Positions 38,504-50,863 of a stretch of DNA of 64,000 nt are shown here, one piece after another (within the stretch, counting starts at the first letter, position 1; each line of letters starts with the position of its first letter). The position numbers were made by a program, and so were the translations under genes. The notes beneath the pieces are model-generated. The model had not been told where the DNA came from. It saw nothing but the letters and a program-made list of their open reading frames with translations, and made no database searches. Source of the stretch: Cetorhinus maximus (lineage: Eukaryota); NCBI RefSeq assembly GCF_964194155.1, contig NC_135897.1:76322001-76386000 (forward strand). Direction: 5' to 3'.

Positions 38504-40205
38504 ATGTCCAGCAAAGGAAAAAAGACTGCAGCCCCCCACTTCAACGGCAGGTCCCTCGAGCGACTGCTGGATGCCGTGGAGGCCCACTGGGATGTGCTGT
38601 ACCCCTGCTCTGGCCACAGGATGGGCAACAAAGTCACCAACCCAGCTTGGGAGGCGGTGGCAGCGGTGGTCAGCGTGAATGCCCTGCAGAGGAGGACAGC
38701 CACCAGTGCTGCAAAAGGATGAATGATCTCCTCCGTTCCGCCGGGGTAAGTCACTCTTCTCATCACTCCCAACTCACACACTCACAAACCCATCACATAT
38801 CCAGAGGGCCCTCACTCACTGCCAGTGCAAGGAACATCATCATTCACTCCTTCACACACACCATCATTGTCCTCAACCCGTCCATGGGACCACTCACCAC
38901 CCACACAGGCCAGGCATACTTATCATCTGGCCTGGCAGGTATCCTGATACATTCTCCCCATCTCTATCCATGCAAACTGGCAAACAACAGGAGGGAAAGG
39001 TCACAGACAGGTGGAGGAATGTTGGAGATCAAAGTTCTGACAGAATTCGAAAACAGAGTCATCCAGCTGGCCAGCGATGACTAGGACCGGACCTGTGCAG
39101 ACGGTGAGGTCAGCGCTGCTTTACCAAGATCTAGTAGTGCAACATCCACCAGACAACGATGCCATGAGTGATGTGTCCTCTTTCACAGGCACTGCCATGC
39201 ACTAATTATCTCCCCTTGCTTTCGCAGGCACATCTGCCAAACTGTTGACAGAGTCCATGACCCAGGGCCTCCAATCAAGCTCCGAAGAAACCTCTGAAGA
39301 GGAATCTGAAGGCACCCTCCCTGAAGACCTTTCACAGCGCTCACCCACACCCTCCACCAGTGCAGAGACATGCACCTCGGTGGGACCTAGCTTTAGAATA
39401 GCCCGGGATCACAACCTGGTGAGCACATTGCACTGTCTGATCCACAGCAGGTGGAGACAGGGACATCCCAGGTCCCCGGCACTCGGAGGAATACTGGAGG
39501 CCAGAACGTTGCTGAGTCCGAGTCAAATGATGAGCCTCTGGACTCGGTCATGTCACAGTTGCTGGAGCTGCAAAGACAAACTCGGGAACGTCAGGAAGGG
39601 ATGTCCGCTGCACTCCTCAGATTGCAAGGCACGATACGATGGAGGAGTCCATCCGTCTTCAAGCTGAGGTGATAGCGCCGGCATTGCAATGCACTGAGGT
39701 CAACAATGTCAGGATTGCAGCTGCCATGGAGACCTAGGTCCAGGATGTCACTCCTACACTGTTGCATGGGCTTAACTCCATCACTGATGCCATAGTTGGC
39801 CTCCAACAGTGTGTACGCGACAGGGGTGCTGAGCAACTCGATCTCACTCCAGCTACCCCTTCCACTCACAGAGTCAACCAGGGGTTCTTGGGCACCCAGA
39901 GGGAGGAGGATCAGCAGGTGCATGCTCCAGGGCCATCCACCCAGGTGACTCTGGGAGTTACTGGCCCATCCGAGTCCCCTCTTCCTGTGACCTCCACAGC
40001 TCCAGCTTCACAGGCCGAGGAGGGTGATACTGCCACACAGCAGGACCCCGAAGGCAGGCCGGGGCCCACCAAGTCTCAGCCCTCCAGAGGACGCCCACCA
40101 AAGTCATCACAGACAGGGCATCACAGTCAGCAGGCTGCCTCCACCTCTGCTGTGCATGTCCGGGGAGCACCAAGACATAGCAGCAGGGTTAGGAAAGTTA
40201 GGTAA
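38504..40205 (+). pseudogene. Harbinger Myb/SANT-like DNA-binding protein gene, spliced and frameshifted
   Basis: MSSKGKKTAAPHF...LERLLDAVE..WDVLYP...AWEAVAAVVS...QCCKRMNDLLRS trihelix pattern; GTAAGT donor at 38746; next exon NNRRERSQTGGG; downstream acidic and coiled-coil-like segments. Confidence 0.85.
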
Positions 40206-40933
40206 AAGTAGTTTCACAGCCTGGCCACGGGTGTTGATCACACACTGTTCACTATTGGCAATAAACTCCTAAGAATGTCTCCCTGCCTGTGTCTCCTTGT
40301 TCTGATGTGCAGTGTTCTTGTCACTTAGATGTGAAACCTTTCTGCACAAGATAAAAGGCAGGTATCTCAGTCCAGGGCCTCTTCCCTGTGCTCTGTGCAG
40401 CCTTCAGACCACAGTGATGGTCCAGCCTCACACTCTCTGGAAACATTACTGATGCCTGCATCTTGACAGCGCTGGTCATTGCTGCCAGAATGTAGTGGGC
40501 AGGTGCCACAGAGTTCTCTTATACTCTCTGTGTGCTCTCAGCACCTTTAAGGTGGGGCTGGCCCCCCTCACACCCACCAGCATCTGCGGCCAGTGATGCT
40601 GTGCACCAGCTACTGAAGGGCTGAGGTGCTGAAGGTAGGCACAGCATCAGATGTATCTAAAGTTTCATGGCTGTGTCTCTGAGACAGCCCTGGTCATGGA
40701 GCACAAGTGAGCTGTCCTCGGCCAGACAGGAGTCAGACATTCTCAGAGGCCATGCGAAGATCTATGGAGTGTCCTCACTGCATGTTGTCATCATCCTCCT
40801 GTGATTGAGCGACTATTAGGGCCTCCACTGCACCTCCATGACAGGAGCATTCTCACAGAGGGTATTGGCACTGCAGTAAGCCAGACCGGAGTCAAACATT
40901 CACAACTGTGATGTGAGGATCTATGGGGACACC

Positions 40934-42184
40934 TCACTGCATGTCGTCATCATCCTCCATAAATCTGGCAGCTATGAGGGCCTCCCGAGTGCACCTGCCT
41001 CATCTAGCCAGTGCGAAATCCTCATCCCCATCATCGCCACCACCAAGAACCCTCTCACCCTCATCCCCATCAGCATCCTCCTCATCGGAGGAGACGTGCA
41101 GCTCATCCATCTCCTCCTCAGCCAGCTCCTCTCCCCATTGCAGTGCCAGGTTGTAAAGGGAGCAGCAAACGACGATAATGCTTGACACCCTCTGTGGACT
41201 GTATTGCAGGGCTCCACCAGACCGGTCCAGGCACTGGAACTGTATCTTCAGCATCCCAATGGTCTGCTCTACCAAGTTGTGAGCTGCTGCATGAGGCTCA
41301 TTATAGCATCGTTCTGCTGCAGTCTGAGGCTGCCGCACGAGTGTCATCAGCCACAGTCTCTGCGGGGAGCCCTTGCCCCCAAGGAGCCAACCCTGCAGCC
41401 TCTGTGGACCCTGGAAGACTGCAGGGATCTGCGAGTGACTCAGGGTGTAGGTGTCATGCACACTCCCTGGAAACCATGCACATACCTGCAGGATGTGTTT
41501 CTGGTGGTTGCATACCAGCTGCACGTTCAGTGAGTTGAAGCCCTTGCAGTTGGCGAATTCCATCGAGTGTAGCAACAGAGGCCTGAGCACCACACGAGTG
41601 CAGTCAATCGCACCCTGAACCTGTGGGAATCCCAAGATCAGGGTGAATACAATGGCCCTTGCATCCTGGCTGCCCTGGTCCTGGGTGAAATGCACAAAGT
41701 TGTGTGCCAGGGAGAAGATGGCATCCGTGACCTCATGGATGCATTTGTGGGTGGCGGATTGTGAAATCCCACAGAGGTCACCTGTGGAGCCCTGAAAGGA
41801 GCCACTGACATAGAAATTGAGCGTCATGGTCACTTTCACAGCCACTGGCAGTGGATGCCCTCCATGACCCCTTGGCACCAACTACTGCAGTAAGTGGCAG
41901 ATGTGAGCCACCAGGTCTATAGACATGCACAGCTGTCAGCGACACTGGTTCTCAGTCATCTGCAGGAATGGCAGGCGGCGTTTATAGACCCTGGGTGTCG
42001 CTAGGCACTGACCAGCCACGGCTCACTGTCACTCCTGGGCAGCGTGTGCAGGAGCCCCTGCTGCCCCTTCTTCATGAGGTTGCTGCTCCTGCCTTTGCAC
42101 GGCCAGGTGCCTCAGACACTCTCTCCTCCATCTTCTACAGTCTCTGTAGGCCATCAGGCATACAGCTAGGTCACCAGGATTCAT
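40934..42184 (-). pseudogene. Harbinger (HARBI1-like, DDE_Tnp_4) transposase, inactivated
   Basis: ORF 41000-41881 has GAIDCT, SLNVQLVC, FPGSVHD, LLGGKGSP (catalytic LGDxGY Asp lost) and VEQTIGMLK motifs; N-terminal part MNPGDLAV... from 42184 is interrupted by stops; acidic tail ends EDDDDMQ* at 40934. Confidence 0.92.
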
Positions 42185-45100
42185 GATCCTGATGTGGTCC
42201 TCCTGCAGCATCAAAGAGAGAGCGATGTGGTTATCATGGCTGTACTTAGCACCTTTCCTGGCCCTGTGTGACTGCCCCTTAACGCTTCCCGGAGAGTGCT
42301 GGTCACCCCTCGGATGGCCAGAGATGAGTGCGCTGCATGGCTGCCCTGTCAACCTGCGACATGGGGGACACTGGTCCAAACCAGGATGCTGAGATTGCGA
42401 GGGGCTGTGAGCACCTCCAGCAGTGACTGCTACATGGCCAGCAGTGGTGAGGAGGTTATACAACGTGTGCAGTCCAATTGCTCCATGGTCCAATGAAGTG
42501 GTGGCGGACACGAAGTCTGTGCTGGTGGGGGTGGAGGGGGGGGTAAGGTATGGAGTGCTTGGTGGCCCTTTGGTGCCACCACATTGCTTGCATGGGCGGG
42601 CAGGCTAGGAGTCCAGCCCCAATCATATCACTGTGGCTGTGCATGACCTGTCTCAGTTGTGGAGGCACGGTCAGTTTATACAGGTGTCCCAAATGTGTGG
42701 CCACTTCCCTCACTTACACTGCCCCCACCTCGATTGCCTGTGTGCGGGATGCAGCGCCAGGGCAGCACTTGACCCGGACCCTACCCAACCAACAACAGTC
42801 ACCTCCGAGGCTAGCCAGCACTTGCCCTTGGACACACCCTGCCTCCCCACCCTCAGCAGTTGACTCCAAGGCTGGCCAGCACTTGCACCCGCCCCCCACC
42901 CCCAACGCCCCTGAGGCCGGTAGACAACAGGCGAGCTGTGGAGAACGCTGCTCCTCACTCACCTCAGTTCCCCCAAAGTGAAGGCCGCCAAGTGCACGTC
43001 GCCTGGGTGTTGTTATGAAACATGTTGGCGGGAAAGCACACCAACATGGACGGACAATACCGGGGGGGTCCAAGAGCCTGGTGGGATGGCCTTTTAATTA
43101 CATGCTAATACATTACAATTAGCTCTCCACTGACCAATGGTGGGAAATGCAGCCCACCGTCGACAGGCTAAGCGGACGATCGCGACCTGCCTTCGTGCCG
43201 TCTTGAAGCAGGTTGCGCCATATTTTCTACGTGCGCCACTTATCACGCCCGCCACCAGCAAGCTCGGAAAATTCCACCCATAGTCTCTGGTAACAGGCTA
43301 GTCCAGGAAACAACGAGCTCTGGAAACAGACATAAGCATGTGCTTCATGTGCCTCTAGGCGTGGGAAGAAAATGAAGAAGTGTCTTTCTAGATGGATGGC
43401 TTAGGAAGAGCCAAATAGCATCAAAACTTAACTTGCGGCTGCAGTCGCTATAACCACAAAAACCTTCACATTCAGCATCCATCAATGTGCATCAAGCTCG
43501 TTTATTTTTTAGAAGTTAGTGACCAGTGCCACTGCATTAAGTGCTTGTATCTGCAATTACCCATGTGTGCAAATTTCTGGCCTGAGGGAAACTGGCACGA
43601 AGAAGCGAGGGAGGGAGTAAAAATCAGCAAGCAAGTCACATATCTTTCAGTGACAGGCTGAAGAGTACGGCAGCGAAAGCCACGAAACAATGCGATCCGG
43701 ACATGCCAAAAGACTGAGAAAGCAATTAGGTCTCATAGACGAGAGGTGAAAAAAAAAACTTCCGAGTTTTATTAAAGATAATAAAAACTAAATATAAATT
43801 CTGTATGTGCGAAATGGATTAGGGAATGCTACCGTACACTGGAATAAACTATCCTGCACTTCAAGCTGATTAAGCACAAGATATCCATCTGTGGTTTATT
43901 TCCTGCGCAATATGCACTTTCCAACTAGCAATTATACATTCCTGACAGGTATGCTGACAACTGTCAGTGAGGTGAGCAATAGAATTCTGTGATATGTGTG
44001 ATCCCAGTGTCACTGCCAATAAATTTTACTCACAGATTTTCTCGACCCTGCTTTCTGAATATGACAGTCTGATAGTTGATTTTTCTAGGTAGCAATGTTG
44101 CCAGGCTTTGCTGATTTGAATAAAAGCAATTGTATTAGCCATACCTACCTATGAGACATGCATCTGTTCACTGTGTACATAACAATAACAAAAACCATAA
44201 AAAACACAAAGCAGAAAAACCATTGGAAGATCAAGAGGTTCATTTTAACTCCTGGTGAGAATGGGGCAATTCTAATGGCTGGGCCTTGTTAGCAAACCAT
44301 TTGTTGAATTCCCAACCAAGACTGGCTAGAAAGTCAGCGGGAAGCAGCAGCTCCTCCTGCTAGAATCAGGAGGCTCCAAGTCACTGCTAGGAAGCCAGTG
44401 GGATGATCCCCAGAAATAAGCTAAGTGCTCCAAAAGAGAAATTCCAGTCAGTGCATGAGGGAGGAAATCCAATGCAGGGGGTATCCAAGGTTTCATTGTG
44501 GGGCTTAGAAGAGAACTCCTATTCCTCTTGGTGTGCAAAGAAAACTAAAGAACAAAAATATGTCCCTGGCCGCTGTTCTTGGCAGATTTTGTCAAATTGG
44601 GACGTCACCATTGCTTTTCCCCTACTCAGGTCTCAGGTTAAAATGGCAGGACAGGTCTCAGTGATAGCAAGACAGATCCATCTCCGTGTTTAAAGAGGAC
44701 CCCACCGGCTTGGGACATTTAAGAATCAATGTGCATATTGAGCACATCAAGCATTCAAAAAGCAGGGACAGCTTTCTGCAGCGTGTGAAAACGAATGAAG
44801 AAGCAAAGAGATCAGAGTAGGAAAGGCATGACTAAGTTCCCCCACTGCACCTGCTCCATTTTAACTGTCCCCCCACACCTAGTCATAAATGATGCAAAAG
44901 TGTCTAGTTGCAGTAGGAAGCTGCCTTTCCCCAGTATAAACAACAAGATAAATATTGAGGTCAGCACATTAGATTTACCCTGAAAGCCTAAATTAATTCA
45001 CAGTACAGAAAGAAAATAAGTTAAACATTGAAAATGTTCTAATAGCACTCAATAAACTCTCCAAATAATGGAACACATAATTCATGCAATTTCAGTAATT

Positions 45101-47445
45101 GGCTTCCATAATGGGTAAAGAGACCTATAGGACACTGTTTCAGTACCAGCTTCATTCTGAACCAGTTTATTACCCCATGCTCATACTACTGATGTGTATC
45201 ATGATAGCCTTCAAAGCAAGGCAGATCTTATTCATTTTAAAGTTACATGTGCAGAAATTTGGATTTAACTTTCAAGATGATTGCGAGACACTGGAGCAGA
45301 TTCCAATATCCAAAACATCTTTAAGTTCAGATGAACTACAAGAACTTTACATTGAATCATAAAAATTAATCATGTCAACCTGGGCATTAGTGATCGAGCG
45401 TCAACCCCAGCAGAACAGCCTTGTTATTGAAATAGTTCCTGTAGTTATTAAACAGTCGCAGTAAAGGAGACATAACATTGATATTCTCCCTCATTGTTCT
45501 AGTTTTAGCAAATGAACACTGCAAGCCACAGATTAGAAACCTCTTAAAAAGCTACAGTTGATCTCTGAAACAATGAGCATTGGGTCATTAAAACATTAAT
45601 TATGGTCTCATGTTTTCTGAATTATCACGTAATATTTAATGCTATACAGAGATCTGTTCACTTTTTAGTGTTTCATAAGTATCCCTTTTTCAGCATTTAT
45701 GATTTAAATCTGTTCAAGAGAGAGGAAGCATTAAATTCCCAAAACAACAAATTGCCTTCAAATCACTCCCACTGTATTGAATTTCAATGGACTAAACTGC
45801 TTTGCATTGTTCATCCCAATAATCCAAAACATTTCCCTTCATATATTTTATTGGATATCCTAGACATCATTTGCTGGGGATTGTTGGATTTTATTATAGC
45901 AATTCTAGTGTACTTGGACGCTTAAAAGTGACAGTTTTGATGGGATCATTCTGGTGCTCTGAAATTGTCTCGCGTACTTTCTGAGGATAAATAGATGCAA
46001 TATTCTGTAATCCCACTGATATATTATGGGGACATAATAAAGGATCCATGGATTTGGACTCCACAGCTGTATCCATGAACTTTGGTAGTCTATCTTGGAA
46101 TTGTTTCATACTGCAGAAATAACTTTAAGAAACAATAAACCTTCTTCTGTATCATTTTTATCAAGGTACGGCTGTTTATTGTGTAACTGGAATGATAGGA
46201 ACCGTTCCTCCCTATGTCCTCCCTAGGCGATGTGCAAAACCACATGCAGTCAGAGTACAAATGTTAGACCAAACTTGTCCATGAACAACTCTCCAGTTCT
46301 GATAAAGGTCCCACTGGAATATTAACTAGTCTTCCATCTTTCAGAAGCCAGCCTGCTCCACATTTCCATCATTTCCTGTATTTACTTCAGATTTATAGAG
46401 CATGCGAGAATAAAACTTGAATAGATTAAAACTATCATGGGAAGTGAGGACTCACAGTTTTTACCTTAGCTACATTTGAATGGAATCTCAATTAACCACC
46501 ACTCACTGATGTCAGAGAAACCAGCAGTAAACATGATACCAAAATTGCTGGGCAAGGGGGCCACATAAAATTGATCCTTTTATATCATCGTAGTGCACCA
46601 GTGCACCGTAGATCCCTGTGACTCGCCAGAGGCATTGTGTTGAAACTGGAGAGAATTAACATTGGCTGTTGAGGATTTCAGGGCAGGGAGATAGGAAAGG
46701 GGTTAGTGGTGACTGGCAAGAACAAACAGCTAGAATGTGGAGCTAGAGGTAGCTCGCCTGCTTCTTGTTGGCAAGCATAAGCTTCGGTCGGGTGTCAACC
46801 AATTTCAGGAAGTGGCCTGAAATAGGCATTAGCCTCTGATTTGCATGAGCAATGGGTCTAATGCCTGTTTCAAATGGGTGCCCTGGTGAGCTATAGGTTG
46901 TCCTCAAAAAAATGGGGCATGTCCAGCATAACATGAGTGTGTTGTATTGGAACCATCAGTGCCTGCTTTCCACCCATTTTGCCCAATCCAATTTCTGGGT
47001 CCTGGTGCGATGGGTCTTCACCCCATTTCCTTCAATAATCATCCTGATTCTCAATCCCTGGTCACAAATTCCAAAGGAAAACCAGCCTTGAAATCTCTTG
47101 CACCTAAGAGCCAGGTGGAATTTCCAATTATGCTCCTGAAGCAGGACTAGAGCCTCAAACTCCGTGGGAAAGGGCACTCCCTTCCAAGAAAGCTTCTCGC
47201 TGACTTTTCAAAAATCAAATGCCCAATTTTATAGGGAAGTTAGTTTTTGTTTTAAAAATACTTTTATGTTACAAATCTAAATATTTCCTGTACATACTGA
47301 AATTGAATGAGGAAGCAAAATAGCAAATAAAGAAGTTTGAAAATGTCATCCAATCGGTTCTCTTTATTAGAAATGTCGGCTCCAAAAATGTGGAATTTAA
47401 GAGTTGAGTGATTTGGTTTGAAGGTTTCTGATTACTTAGTCAATC

Positions 47446-48220
47446 ACAACAACTTATATTGATTCAGTGTCTTTAACATTATAAAGCATCACAAAGTGTC
47501 AGAAAACAAAATTTAACACTGAGCCAAATAAGGAGCTATTAAGGAAAATGGCCAAAACCTTGGTCTAAGAGATAGGTGTGAAGGATTTTTTTAAAGGAGG
47601 GAAGTGAGGTAGAGAGGCAAAGAGGCGTAGGAAGAGTATTCCGGAGCTCGGGACCAAAGCAAATGACGGCACGGCCACCAATGGTGAAGCAATTAAAGTC
47701 AGAGGTGACCAGGAGGCCAGAATTAGAGGAGCGCAGATATCTTGAGGGGTGTGGGGTTGAAGGAGATTACAGAGATAAGTGGGGGGGTGTGGTGAGGCCA
47801 TGGAGGGATTTGAAAACAAGAACGATAATTTTAAAATCAAGATGGTGCTTGACTGGGAGCCAATGTATGTCAGCAAGCAGAGGGGTGAGTTAAGGCACAA
47901 GAAGCAGGGTTTTAGATAACATCAAGTTTACAGAGGGTAGAATATGGGAGACCTGTATGATGTGCATTGGAATGGTTAAGTCTAGAGGTAAAAAAGGCAT
48001 GAATGAGGGTTTCAGCAACAGATGAGCTGAGGCGAGGCAAAGCCAGGCAATGTTATGGAAGTGAAAATAGGCATTCTTAGTAATGGTACGAATGTGTGGT
48101 CAGAAGCACATCTTGGGGTCAAATGTGACTGCTGCCAGGGAGAGGGATGGAGTCAGTAGCTGGAGAAGGAGTTTGGAATGGTAACCAAAGATAATGGCTT
48201 CAGTCTTCCCAATATTTAAT
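47446..48220 (-). mobile_element. L2-clade LINE 3' fragment
   Basis: Reverse-complement similarity to 56360-57190 with the same acaacaactt tail. Confidence 0.82.
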
Positions 48221-48381
48221 TACAGTACATACTCAACCAGTGAATGGAAATAGTTTTTAATTGATTTCTGTTTAATCAATGTAATATTTCACCCAATCAA
48301 TAACATTGACAGACCAGTTCTTTCATCTAATTATGATTTTTATCCCATCTAAAACTCTTGAGCATTGATGAAAAAAGAGAC

Positions 48382-48417
48382 ATGTCAAAGCTTTTCACCT
48401 TGCAATCATCAGGACAC
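48382..48417 (-). ncRNA. Hammerhead motif (family B), mirror copy
   Basis: GUGUC CUGAUGA UU gcaag GU GAAA AGCU UU GACAU on minus strand; stem II degenerate. Confidence 0.5.
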
Positions 48418-48493
48418 CTGTAAGAATATCAATATAAGGGGCAAGACAACAATTGTAAATTGTTGTCTTACCCTTATATAGGTAATCTTATGA

Positions 48494-48529
48494 GTGTCCT
48501 GATGAGTGCAAGATGAAAAGCTTTGACAT
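48494..48529 (+). ncRNA. Minimal type I hammerhead ribozyme motif (family B)
   Basis: GUGUC CUGAUGA GU gcaag AU GAAA AGCU UU GACAU: stem I GUGUC/GACAU, palindromic AAGCUU stem III, very short stem II. Confidence 0.6.
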
Positions 48530-48786
48530 GTGGCTTTTTTCAGCAACACTCAAGTTCTGTACCACCAAAAAACTACTCCTGAGTTTGCTACCCCACGGAG
48601 TGATGGCGAGTTTTGAGGTTTGACAATCACTTTTGAGATATAAGGTATTACAGACTTGTGAAAATGTTGTATTGAAATGATCATTTTATTGCAATACTAA
48701 TTTTTCCTCCTATTAAATATAAATGCAATTCTGCTATGTTGGAAATACTCAGCAGGTCTGGCAGCATCTGTGGAGAGAGAAACAAG

Positions 48787-48823
48787 AGCTAATGTTTCAG
48801 GTCAACGACCTTTCATCAGAACT
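48787..48823 (-). ncRNA. Hammerhead ribozyme motif (family A variant)
   Basis: AGUU CUGAUGA A AGGUC guu GACCU GAAA CAUU AGCU; different stem II sequence that still pairs fully. Confidence 0.6.
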
Positions 48824-49599
48824 TGCTTTTGTATGCGAATCCCATTCTGCTATCCTGCGGGGAAAGATTGTCTCTTCCAATATCGGTGGACAGAACGTCC
48901 GGACCTTGAACATTCTCTTAACCCCATCCATATTCTGAATACCACTTCCAGACAGTATTTTGTATACAGCTAAGCAGTGCCAGGGCCACATTTGACAGAT
49001 TCGCTATCATGCCTCCTTCTAGTGCTTGTCGAGAGAGGGCGGAGGTAAATCTCTAAGTCTCATTGTGTCACCACAGTGATTACATGAAAGATGTGCAAGT
49101 CGATGTATCTGGCTGGTAATAAGGCTCAGCACACCCCCTACCATCACAGGCACGTTTAGGTGCAGGGGGCACAGTTTAAAGTGGAGTGCGGATCAACGGG
49201 GGGGGGCGGGAACTGCCTTTCCAAAACGCTAAGTACAGAGGAATGGTCCACATTCTTGATATCACTGAAATGCATTGATCAAATCCATTCCCCTTCCCCC
49301 TTTTCCCAAGGTCTGCTTTAGATTCAGATTTAGACACAGGCTTTAAGGTAACATTTCTATACCTCAATTGACCTAACAGTGGTCGAAGTTAATGGAATCG
49401 AGTCAACTTCAACAAGCTGACTTCAAAATCAGAGTTGGCTTCATTTTTTTTTTACACTAAAGGGTTCAATGTAGCCTGCAGATTTATTATCACACTACAA
49501 ATATACTTTAGTGACATGTGCGATAGAAAGTGCGAAGTGTAACGCAAGGTACTGGTGGGTGTTTACAATTAAAACGAGAGGCTGTGAACTGAGAGCAGA

Positions 49600-49957
49600 G
49601 GCCACAAGCCGTGACTGTTCATATATATATATATATATATCTGTGTGTGTGTGTCTGCCCCCGGCTCCGTCAGCGACCTCCCACTTCCCGGCGCCGCTAC
49701 AAATGGGAATGAGGGTCTGGCTGGCTTTTTCCGCCTCTGGATATCTGCCTGCAGCAGCAGCAGCAGAGTAAAGCGGCCAGAAGAGGAGGTGAAAAGGGAG
49801 GGAGAGAGAGAGAGAGAGGCGAGAAGATTCAGCGAGACGCCGCCGATCCCATCAGACAGTGGCAGCAGCAGCTACTGCTATACCGAGCCCAGCAAGCGGG
49901 AGAGCAGCATCACACCTCCAGCCCACCCACTGCCACTGGCCCGCAGGCAGGACCAAC
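49600..49957 (+). promoter_or_regulatory. PID1: PID1 promoter / 5' UTR, CpG-enriched
   Basis: Locally CpG/GC-rich unique sequence immediately upstream of the PID1 ATG, with (TA)n(TG)n, (CAG)n and (GA)n microsatellites; TSS not determinable from sequence. Confidence 0.6.
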
Positions 49958-49987
49958 ATGTGGCAGCCAGCAAGCGAGAGGTTGCAG
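49958..49987 (+). CDS. PID1: PID1 (phosphotyrosine interaction domain containing 1) first coding exon
   Basis: aacATG TGG CAG CCA GCA AGC GAG AGG TTG CAG|GTAAGA = MWQPASERLQ with a strong phase-0 donor; matches recalled PID1 N-terminus MWQPATERLQ and the known DNER-PID1 gene order. Confidence 0.9.
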
Positions 49988-50863
49988 GTAAGAGCGGATC
50001 CGCTCTGTGGGCTGCTCAGTGTCAGCCCCCTCATTCCACAGACTGTCTACCGGCACGTACGCTTTTGGCATTATTCTCTCCCTCTCTCTCTGAGTAGCAC
50101 TGGATTCAGACACTTTACAATCCCCTTTACTAAATGAAAGGGAGATAGAGAGGGGCGGACACATCCAACCTGTAAAACCATTAGAACCGCTTTGTGTCCA
50201 TTTCCAGATGCCAGTGTCTAAAACAAATCGTCGATTCCGCAGCTCCGCTGTCCCGTGTGATAGTAAATCGCAGTTGTCCGTGTTTTATGTAAAATGTTAT
50301 GTTCTGCTGATGTAGTGCGGAGTCCCAGCAATCTGTCGTATTGGTGACAGTCACGCAGTCTGAAGATCACTGTATAGCATGGGCTTGTTAAAATGGGCTT
50401 GGGGACAGAAATGTCAACAGATTCTTATGTGCAGCCAAGAGATACTTTCAATGTTTAGCAAGGATGGGGCGAGGAGGATATCAGTCTCCTTGTTATAGTT
50501 GTGGCCAGATGAAAGTGTCTTCTCTTCAGTGAGTGATAGATCAGCGTGGACGGGCAACCCTGGTGTGGCGGAATTTGCATTGAGAGCTCAAGGAACTGAG
50601 GGTTATCAAGGCTATTCCAGACTTGCTCCTTCTCGCCGTCTTCCAGCCTCCTCCCCCTCCCATTTTGTGATAAATTTGACCCAGATGGTTAGCAACACTT
50701 GTGTCAGTCACGCTGAAATAAAATTCACAGTCGCAAAGACTGGGAAATCACCAAGGTAACCGCGCAATGCCCTTAAAGCGGCTCCTTATATCTGTCTCAA
50801 TTTTGCTATACTGTAGTCTCTTGACTTGAAGCCAACAGTCAAGAGGTCACTGTGTTCTTCGGC

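Larger units (their letters stand above)
38229..43280. mobile_element. Near full-length PIF/Harbinger DNA transposon (decayed), convergent Myb/SANT and transposase genes
   Basis: TIRs TGGGCGGAATTTTCC / GGAAAATTCCACCCA (1 mismatch); 3-bp TSD TAG (38226-38228, 43281-43283); DDE transposase on minus strand and Myb/SANT-like gene on plus strand. Confidence 0.93.

Noticed and set aside
38504-38745. Host NAIF1/MSANTD gene
   Set aside because: Frameshifted, inside the transposon, with several degenerate paralogues in the window.
41000-41881. Domesticated HARBI1 gene
   Set aside because: Lies inside TIRs and TSD, with stops up- and downstream and a lost catalytic Asp; it is a decayed transposon copy.
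49645-50137. 150-aa and 92-aa ORFs over the PID1 promoter
   Set aside because: Non-ATG starts, microsatellite-derived content; only the 10 codons before the donor match PID1.
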